Assembly: GCA_044345405.1 (NCBI GenBank)
Contig: JBIJBE010000065.1
Location: 1-12,488, forward strand
Length of the DNA: 12,488 bases
Direction of reading: 5' to 3'
Origin: Bdellovibrionota bacterium
GTDB taxonomy: Bacteria > Bdellovibrionota_C > UBA2361 > OMII01
Made by a program: the position numbers and the translations under genes
Notes under the pieces: model-generated
Told to the model about the DNA's origin: nothing
What the model saw: the letters and a program-made list of their open reading frames with translations, nothing else
Database searches by the model: none
Shown here: positions 6,237 to 12,488 of the stretch, in pieces
Layout of the letters: each line of letters begins with the position of its first letter
How positions within the stretch are numbered: the first letter of the stretch is position 1

Positions 6237-7163
6237 TTAGGCCGCCATCGACGCGAGTGACTCAGGTGAGTCGATATTAACTCGACCAACGCCAGAGTTG
6301 ATGCGCTTCACGAGACCGGTAAGCACGTTTCCAGCGCCGTACTCCCACACCGCTTCCGGGCTCTTTTGCGCGACCGCGTTCTCAACGCACTCAACCCAGC
6401 GAACGCGTCCACATACTTGGAGGGCGAGGTTCTCGCGGATCTCTTCAGGATTGTTTGTGAAGGACGCGGTGTAGTTTTGATACACCGGGAACTTCGGTGT
6501 CGAGATCGTGATGTTCGCGAGATCGACTCGGAGCCGCTCCTCGGCGGGCTTCATCAAGCTGCAATGGAACGGCGCGCTTACCGGGAGATCGATCACCTTC
6601 GCGGTGCCAAGCTTCTCAATAAATCCCGCGACACCTTCAACTGAGCCCGCGACAACGATCTGCCCAGGAGCGTTGATGTTGGCGATCTGCGCGACGCCCG
6701 CGGTGTTGGCGTCGATGGCGGCTTGAAGCTCCGCGACCTCTTTCCCAAGTACAGCGACCATGCGTCCTGTCCCAACAGGAACCGCTTCTTGCATGTATCG
6801 ACCACGCTTGTTGACAAGACGTACCGCGTCCTCAAACGATATAGCCTCGGCCGCGACGAGCGCCGAGTATTCGCCGAGGGAGTGTCCCGCGGCGGCAACG
6901 ATCGTGTGAGCGCTCGCTTGTGGTTGCATCTGCGCGAGTCTGAAACAGATAGTACTCACGGTTAGGATAGCTGGCTGAGTGATCTCTGTGAGGGTTAACT
7001 TGTCGGCCGGACCCTCAAAGCAGGTCTGAGAAAGGGAGAAGCCGAGGGCCTCGTCCGCCTTGGCGAACAGCTCTTTCGCGATGTCGTACTGCTCACACAG
7101 CTGACGACCCATACCCACCTTCTGTGAGCCTTGCCCAGGAAATAATGCAAAGATTTTAGCCAT
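6237..7163 (-). CDS. fabD: Malonyl-CoA:ACP transacylase (ACP S-malonyltransferase)
   Basis: FPGQGSQ, TQPAIL, catalytic GHSLGEYSAL, 'RGRYMQEAVP', 'ANINAPGQIVVAG', 'LPVSAPFHCSLM', 'VRW'. GAGG lies 6 nt before ATG 7163 but abuts ATG 7169, favouring 7163. Confidence 0.97.
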   Translation of the reverse strand: MAKIFALFPGQGSQKVGMGRQLCEQYDIAKELFAKADEALGFSLSQTCFEGPADKLTLTEITQPAILTVSTICFRLAQMQPQASAHTIVAAAGHSLGEYSALVAAEAISFEDAVRLVNKRGRYMQEAVPVGTGRMVAVLGKEVAELQAAIDANTAGVAQIANINAPGQIVVAGSVEGVAGFIEKLGTAKVIDLPVSAPFHCSLMKPAEERLRVDLANITISTPKFPVYQNYTASFTNNPEEIRENLALQVCGRVRWVECVENAVAQKSPEAVWEYGAGNVLTGLVKRINSGVGRVNIDSPESLASMAA

Positions 7164-7196
7164 ATACATCCTCTCTCTTCCCCTCTGTATCTCGTA

Positions 7197-7224
7197 TCAA
7201 GGATTTAACGGGGAGGGCCGATAA
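7197..7224 (+). promoter_or_regulatory. Candidate sigma-28 promoter for the hybrid kinase gene
   Basis: TCAA (7197-7200)-N16-GCCGATAA (7217-7224). The -10 is a perfect sigma-28 consensus, followed by GGAGG (7234-7238) and ATG 7243. Confidence 0.62.
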
Positions 7225-7242
7225 TTCAGGTACGGAGGTCTG

Positions 7243-8430
7243 ATGTCAAGAGACGAGGTTCGCGCATATTCAACAGACGGCGAGGCCAACGCGCCCTCCG
7301 TATTGGTTGTGGACGACGATCCGCTTATCGTGGCTCTCCTCACTGGACTCCTTACCTCCAAAAACTACTCCGTGATCAAGTCGTATAGCGGTCAGGACGC
7401 GCTTAAGATCGTCCAAACCCAACATGTCGATCTGATTATATGTGATGTCGCGATGCGCTCGATGAGTGGGTATGACTTCCTCACGCTTGTACGTAAGGAA
7501 CCCGATGGGGCGCAAATTCCTATTGTCTTCATGACCTCCGCGGCAGCCGCCGAGGACCGCAAAGCGAAATATGAACACGGAGTAGCTCACTGTGTTCCAA
7601 AACCGCTCGATCCGCAGACCCTTCTATCCGCCGTGCGAGAATCGATCGGTCGTCAGGCGTTGTCTGAGATGCTCACGAAGCGTGACTTCGACGCGTATCG
7701 TAAACGGGTCGTGCACACACTCTCTCACGAATTTAGAACCCCCCTCAGCGCTATCAATGTCGGCATTGAGCTCCTCATGGAGCATCGTCAATCGCTCGAT
7801 TCGGATAAGGCGACAAACGTTCTAGAGGCGGTGCGTCGAGGTGGATTACGCCTTGAGCGATTAGTACGAGACTTTCTGATCCTTCAGCAGATGGAAGCGG
7901 GAATTACGAAAGAGGTGTTTTCCTCTCACGCCTCTGCGGTACCGATCTCAGAGATAGTGGAGCACTACATGAACTTTAAAGCCCCACCCCATATGGAGGA
8001 GGGCGCGTCTTTCTCGGTTACCGTTGATGCTGGCGCAAGTCGCGTTCAGGTGGTCGAGTCGAATATTCTCGATTGTCTCGATCGCTTGGTTTCCAACGCG
8101 GTGAAATTCTCAGAGAAAGATAAAAAAGTTGAGATCGACGTTACGATTGATGCTCGCGAGGCGCGCTTCTCAGTGCAGGATCGCGGCTGTGGTATCGATC
8201 TCGCAAAGGTGGACACCGCATTCGAACTCTTCAGTCAGATAGATCGCGACGTGAAGGAGCAGCAGGGGGGCGGAATGGGGCTCGCTATCGCGCGTCGCTA
8301 CGCGAGCGCTCATAAAGGGCGACTTGAATTTCGAGCGAGAGAGGGGGGAGGGGCGATTGTGACGCTCGTTCTGCCTGTTGTTGATGAGGCCTTTGTCGCC
8401 AAAATCGATCCGCTTATGCGGGAGCAGTAG
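7243..8430 (+). CDS. Cytoplasmic hybrid response regulator / histidine kinase (REC-HisKA-HATPase_c)
   Basis: REC: VLVVDDD, DLIICD, FMTS, PKP. H-box LSHEFRTPL; N-box LVSNAVKFS; G1 DRGCGI; F-box FELFSQ; G2 GGGMGLAI. No transmembrane or sensor domain seen. Confidence 0.93.
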   Translation: MSRDEVRAYSTDGEANAPSVLVVDDDPLIVALLTGLLTSKNYSVIKSYSGQDALKIVQTQHVDLIICDVAMRSMSGYDFLTLVRKEPDGAQIPIVFMTSAAAAEDRKAKYEHGVAHCVPKPLDPQTLLSAVRESIGRQALSEMLTKRDFDAYRKRVVHTLSHEFRTPLSAINVGIELLMEHRQSLDSDKATNVLEAVRRGGLRLERLVRDFLILQQMEAGITKEVFSSHASAVPISEIVEHYMNFKAPPHMEEGASFSVTVDAGASRVQVVESNILDCLDRLVSNAVKFSEKDKKVEIDVTIDAREARFSVQDRGCGIDLAKVDTAFELFSQIDRDVKEQQGGGMGLAIARRYASAHKGRLEFRAREGGGAIVTLVLPVVDEAFVAKIDPLMREQ

Positions 8431-8456
8431 GTCTCCCGGCGCGCGACCCGAGACGT

Positions 8457-8476
8457 GGGAGGGCGGCCGTCCTCCC
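8457..8476. repeat. Near-perfect 20-bp GC-rich palindrome downstream of the kinase gene
   Basis: GGGAGGGCGGCCGTCCTCCC (one G:T pair), preceded by a weaker GTCTC...GAGAC stem (8431-8454). No U-tract. Confidence 0.6.
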
Positions 8477-8539
8477 GTTATGCCAACCCGTGACATAGGA
8501 TCACGCCCCTTTCCGGGTTCTCATCCCCTCACCTCTCTC

Positions 8540-8568
8540 TTGTCTCTTACACCCACCCCCGTTACTCT
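8540..8568 (+). promoter_or_regulatory. Candidate sigma-70 promoter for the M16 peptidase operon
   Basis: TTGTCT (8540-8545)-N17-TACTCT (8563-8568), about 48 nt upstream of ATG 8617. Confidence 0.4.
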
Positions 8569-8616
8569 CGTACTGCCCCGTGTACGGCATTCCACCCTTC
8601 GAAGGTTGCAAAGGTC

Positions 8617-10131
8617 ATGAAGAAGATAGGTATTCGAGTCTCGATTCAGCGAAGTGTTGGGCTCGCCCTTAGTGTCGCGTTCGCCGCGCTTACCGCAGTT
8701 GCGCCAACATCATACGCGGACGATTCCTCCAGCTCGCTCGCCTCGATGGTGTCAAAGGTGCACTACGAAACCTTGCCGAACGGCGTGCGCGTCATCCTCT
8801 ACAATCGTGGGATCGCGCCGGTGTTTTCTGGCGCGGTTGTTGTTCGAGTGGGGGGTAGTGATGAGACCGTTGGAGAAACCGGTATCTCTCATCTCTTTGA
8901 GCACATGGCGTTTAAAGGAACCCGCACTATCGGAACGAAGGATTTTGGCAGAGAGCAGCGGCTCCTCGCTCGTCTCGAAGAGATCGCCCTTGAGTCAAAC
9001 GCCGCGCAAAATCTCTCGCCAGAGCAACAAGAGGAGTGGGATGAGATTCACAAAGATCTGAAGGAGATCTGGGTATCAGATGATTTTAGCCGTAGGTATG
9101 AGAAACAGGGAGCGGTGGGGCAGAACGCTACCACCGATAAAGAGTTCACCAAGTATTTCGTGGATCTTCCAAGATCAGCGTTTGAGTTTTGGTGTCAGAT
9201 GGAATCGGACCGATTGCTCCGTCCGGTCATGCGACAATTCTATCAGGAGCGAGACGTAGTCCTTGAGGAGCGTCGGATGCGCTCAGACGATGATCCAGGT
9301 GGACGTCTGTATGAGCTTCTCCTTGGTGTGGCGTACCAACGTCATCCCTATCGCGCTCCAGTTATCGGATACGAAAAGGATATTCGGAGCCTAACCGCTG
9401 CCAAGCTCGAGGAGTTTCGCAAGAAGTACTACGTGCCATCAAATATCGTGGTGAGTGTCGTCGGTCGGGTTGATCCGAAAGAGGATATGAAGGTCATCGC
9501 GAAATACTTCGGCGCTTTGCCGAAAGGGCCTGCGGTTGTGCGTGATGTTCCGGTTGAGGGAGACCCCGAAGGGGAGCGTCGGGCGACCATACGGATGGCG
9601 GCCTCTCCACAGGTTATCGTCGCGTACGCCAAGCCCAACTATCCTAGTCCAGATGATCCTCCTCTGAGCGTTGCCGCGGAGATATTGAGCGGCAGCAAAA
9701 TCTCCCCGCTCTACGTTGAGCTCGTGAAGCGTCGACAGTTAGCGGCGGGAATCGGCAATGAAGAGGGGCCCGGCAACGCCTATCCGAACCTTTTGATGTT
9801 CGGCGCGACGGTGAAGGCGCCGCACACAACCGACCAACTTCTGCGGGCCTTCGATAGTGTGATGGATCGCTTCCGGCGCACGGGGCCAACAGAGGAACAA
9901 CTTGAGATCGCCAAGCGCGCCATTGGTATGAGTTTCCTCGGTCATCTTCAATCGAGCCAATCGCTCGCGCTCGATTTCGCCTCCTCAGAGCTTATGTACG
10001 GTTCGTGGAAAGCATCGGTTGAGTGGTACGACAAGATGAGTCAGGTAACCGTCGAGGATGTAAAGCGAGTAACGCAGAAGTACCTCGTGCCTGATCGACG
10101 AACGATCGCCACCATCGAGCGTAATCAGTAG
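8617..10131 (+). CDS. M16 (pitrilysin/insulinase) family zinc peptidase, catalytic subunit, exported
   Basis: Inverted zinc motif HLFEH (8890-8904) followed by MAFKGT; 'NATT', 'ERDVVLEERR', 'HPYRAPVIG', 'YYVPSNIVVSVVG'. Sec signal peptide ending in SYA|DD. Confidence 0.95.
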   Translation: MKKIGIRVSIQRSVGLALSVAFAALTAVAPTSYADDSSSSLASMVSKVHYETLPNGVRVILYNRGIAPVFSGAVVVRVGGSDETVGETGISHLFEHMAFKGTRTIGTKDFGREQRLLARLEEIALESNAAQNLSPEQQEEWDEIHKDLKEIWVSDDFSRRYEKQGAVGQNATTDKEFTKYFVDLPRSAFEFWCQMESDRLLRPVMRQFYQERDVVLEERRMRSDDDPGGRLYELLLGVAYQRHPYRAPVIGYEKDIRSLTAAKLEEFRKKYYVPSNIVVSVVGRVDPKEDMKVIAKYFGALPKGPAVVRDVPVEGDPEGERRATIRMAASPQVIVAYAKPNYPSPDDPPLSVAAEILSGSKISPLYVELVKRRQLAAGIGNEEGPGNAYPNLLMFGATVKAPHTTDQLLRAFDSVMDRFRRTGPTEEQLEIAKRAIGMSFLGHLQSSQSLALDFASSELMYGSWKASVEWYDKMSQVTVEDVKRVTQKYLVPDRRTIATIERNQ

Positions 10132-10146
10132 GGGAGTAGTAGGATT

Positions 10147-11610
10147 ATGAGAAAACGAATTTTCGCCCCATTCCTTTCGCTCTTTGTTGCTGGTTCAATC
10201 GGGTGCTCCCTCGGTCCTGTTTCAAGTGACCGTGGCGCGTTGTCTCGCGCTGATGAGGTAGCGCAGTTCAAGCCGATTCAGCCTGAGGAGTGGAAACTCG
10301 AGAACGGCCTCAGGGTTGTATACCTCAAAGATGATGAACTCCCGTTAGTGAAGGGACGCCTCTTTATTCGTGGTGGTTCCCTGTGGGGTCCAGATAGTCC
10401 CGTTGGCGTTGTGAGCGCGATGGGAGACCAGATGCGGCAGGGTGGAGCGGGCAATCGCTCCGCTGATACGCTCGATCAACAACTAGAGGAGCTCGCCGCG
10501 ACGGTATCGAGCTCCTTCTCAACTGAATTTGGAGGGGTCTCTTTCTCATCGCTCGCGTCGGACCTGGATCAGGTATTCCCGATATTCGCCGATGTCGCGT
10601 TACGACCACGGTTCGAGGGAGATCGCCTAGCGTTGTGGAAGGGGCAGTCTCTGGAGGGTATTCGTCGACGAAAGGAGGACCCAAGCACGGTCGCGTCGAT
10701 CGCGTTTACTCAGCTTCTCTACGGCGATTCGCCATACGGACGTGTTTCCGTCGATCGCGATATTCAATCTATCTCTCGAGATCTTCTCGTCTCCCTTCAC
10801 CAAAAGTTTGTGAAGCCTGATGGGGGACTATTGGTTGTAACTGGAAGGGTTGATCGTCAGACTGTTGAGAGGCTCGTGGAGGAGAACTTCGGCTCCTGGA
10901 AGTCGCGCGGAGAGCTCCTTTCACCCGCTCCCGCGGTGAACAACGAGCCGAAACCGGGGATCTACTTCATCCAGCTTCCATTCTCGCAAGCTGCTGTGCA
11001 GATGGGACATCTTGGTGTTCCCCGTTTAACCCCCGACTATCCCGCTATCGATATGTTTAATGAGGTGTTCGGCACCTCAGGCTTCGGATCTCGCTTAATG
11101 CAGAGGGTTCGAACCGATCTCGGGCTCACCTACGGTGTCTACGGGGGTATCGCTCCGGCGGTTGTGAAAGGAGTGAACTATGTATTCCTCCAAACCAAGG
11201 CTGACTCGGTCGCTCCAGCGATTGAGGAGTCGATAGGGGTTCTCTCAAAGTTGCAGTCCGCCCCACCGACCGAGGAAGAGATGGAGGAGAAGAGGACCGC
11301 TATCCAGAACTCCTTTGTTTTTAACTTCGACGCGATCGATGACATCGCCGTGCGTAACGCCCGGCTGAAGTTGTTGGAGTATCCAGCGGACTATGATCAG
11401 ACCTACCTGACGAAGGTAGGGGGAGTGACCCCGGCCGCGGTTGAAGAGGTGGCTCAAAAGCGGTGGGATCCGAAGAAGTTCGTCATCGTTGTTGTGGGGA
11501 ATGAGGCGGCGTACCAACGCCTGGAAAAGGCCATGGCCGATAAAAATAACCCGCTCAACCCCTTTCCGCTTGTAAAACTGCGTTTTGAAAGCGCAATTGT
11601 GGTGCCCTAG
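10147..11610 (+). CDS. M16 family peptidase non-catalytic partner subunit, predicted lipoprotein
   Basis: 'LENGLRV', 'DELPLV', 'LLYGDSPYGR', 'SRLMQRVRTDLGLTYGV' (R/Y motif); no HxxEH. N-terminus MRKR-hydrophobic-SIG|C lipobox. Lies 15 nt after the catalytic gene. Confidence 0.92.
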   Translation: MRKRIFAPFLSLFVAGSIGCSLGPVSSDRGALSRADEVAQFKPIQPEEWKLENGLRVVYLKDDELPLVKGRLFIRGGSLWGPDSPVGVVSAMGDQMRQGGAGNRSADTLDQQLEELAATVSSSFSTEFGGVSFSSLASDLDQVFPIFADVALRPRFEGDRLALWKGQSLEGIRRRKEDPSTVASIAFTQLLYGDSPYGRVSVDRDIQSISRDLLVSLHQKFVKPDGGLLVVTGRVDRQTVERLVEENFGSWKSRGELLSPAPAVNNEPKPGIYFIQLPFSQAAVQMGHLGVPRLTPDYPAIDMFNEVFGTSGFGSRLMQRVRTDLGLTYGVYGGIAPAVVKGVNYVFLQTKADSVAPAIEESIGVLSKLQSAPPTEEEMEEKRTAIQNSFVFNFDAIDDIAVRNARLKLLEYPADYDQTYLTKVGGVTPAAVEEVAQKRWDPKKFVIVVVGNEAAYQRLEKAMADKNNPLNPFPLVKLRFESAIVVP

Positions 11611-11689
11611 GAGTTATCCCGTCATCGTATAGACATACCCCCTCTAGGAAGGGGGCCGCCGTAGCACATGTCTACACTTTGGAATCGAA

Positions 11690-12415
11690 ATGATGAACAG
11701 AGGAAAGATCCTCATGGACGTGACGACGCTTGCTCTGGGAGCGTGTGTCGCATTCTCCTCGATAGGTTGCTCATCCCAGCCCGTTCCTGGCCCCGATAAA
11801 TTAGGGCGAGATGAGGGACTTGGCGCTATTCAGGGTGCTGGTGCTGGAATGGTAGTTGGTGCGCAAGTGGGTGCTGGAACCGGTCCAGGCGCCGCTATAG
11901 GCGCGGGATTCGGCGCCATTGCTGGAGCGATTCAGGGCCTCATGAAGGATAGCCTTGAAGAAACCGAGATGAAAAATGAGAAGGAGATACGAGCCACTCG
12001 GAGTCGCCTCGTAGCTCAAGATGTGCTCGCCAAGCACTACGAGATGCGGATGCAGATGCACCCCGGTCGCGATATCTTTCCAGCAGACGTATTTTTCGAG
12101 GGCGATTCAGCAAAGATGTGTCCGCAAGGCGTGGCTGTCGTGAAAGAGATAGCGCGAATGAATGAGTTTCGACTTCCTTATTCCCGCCTAATAGTGGCAT
12201 CCTATGCTAAGTCGGTTGATCCCGAGTCCACGTACGTTTCGCACCTTACGGAACGACGAGCTCGAGAGTTTGTGAACCAGTTGGTTCGGGCTGGCGTAGA
12301 GCCGCGACGTTTGGAGACCCGAGCGGTCGTGATAGATGCTCCGGTGTTAATTGATCCGAACGACAATCCGACCCGTTATAATCAGGCTATAGAGATAATC
12401 CCTGTTGATAAGTAG
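11690..12415 (+). CDS. Glycine-zipper + OmpA-like C-terminal domain lipoprotein (YiaD-like architecture, degenerate)
   Basis: Lipobox SIG|C; GxxxG repeats 'GAIQGAGAGMVVG...GAAIGAGFGAIAGAIQG'; OmpA-like 'DVFFEGDSAKM', 'LTERRAREFVNQLVRAGVEPRRL', 'YNQAIEI'. Start could be 11690, 11693 or 11714. Confidence 0.8.
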   Translation: MMNRGKILMDVTTLALGACVAFSSIGCSSQPVPGPDKLGRDEGLGAIQGAGAGMVVGAQVGAGTGPGAAIGAGFGAIAGAIQGLMKDSLEETEMKNEKEIRATRSRLVAQDVLAKHYEMRMQMHPGRDIFPADVFFEGDSAKMCPQGVAVVKEIARMNEFRLPYSRLIVASYAKSVDPESTYVSHLTERRAREFVNQLVRAGVEPRRLETRAVVIDAPVLIDPNDNPTRYNQAIEIIPVDK

Positions 12416-12420
12416 GAACT

Positions 12421-12488
12421 ATGAAAGCAAAGAAAGACGCGAAGACCAAAGAGCAGGACAACGGCGGTAAGGAGTCGAAGGAGATCGC
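12421..12488 (+). CDS. 5' end of a CDS running off the window (MKAKKDAKTKEQDNGGKESKEI...), product unknown
   Basis: ATG 5 nt after the previous stop, AGGA upstream, frame open to the window end. Confidence 0.55.
   Translation, partial: MKAKKDAKTKEQDNGGKESKEI

Noticed and set aside
4031-6965. Alternative-frame and antisense ORFs within proS, the lipoprotein gene and fabD
   Set aside because: Nested in confidently assigned genes, no motifs.
11638-11655. CCCCCT-ctagga-AGGGGG hairpin as a terminator after the M16 operon
   Set aside because: Only 6 bp of homopolymer pairing and no U-tract; insufficient to call.
7270-12200. Shadow ORFs overlapping the kinase, M16 and OmpA-like genes, including 8378-8620
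   Set aside because: They overlap supported CDSs or span low-complexity intergenic DNA, with no RBS or domain evidence.

Overview
Bacterial chromosomal window from a diderm organism (three lipoproteins, an OmpA-like domain), mostly housekeeping and envelope genes. In order: 3' end of a possible LolA-like gene (+); an atypical SDR oxidoreductase lacking the catalytic Tyr (-); a Kup/HAK/KT K+ transporter (-); a ~520 bp intergenic region with an operator-like palindrome and a 28-bp inverted repeat built of 9-mer tandem units; a short orphan FlgM-like anti-sigma factor (-); an archaeal/eukaryotic-type proS (+); a Cys-containing lipoprotein (-); a stand-alone fabD (-); a soluble receiver-histidine kinase hybrid (+); an exported M16 peptidase pair (+); a glycine-zipper/degenerate OmpA lipoprotein (+); and the start of another CDS. 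No CRISPR array, tRNA/rRNA, transposase or defence system was recognised. The best candidates for something undescribed are (i) a shortened FlgM plus two sigma-28-like promoters, one upstream of flgM and one upstream of the hybrid kinase, with no flagellar genes in the window, (ii) the 9-mer composite inverted repeat at 3321-3451, and (iii) the M16 pair/degenerate OmpA envelope cluster. All three are hypotheses from motif reading by eye; no searches were run.
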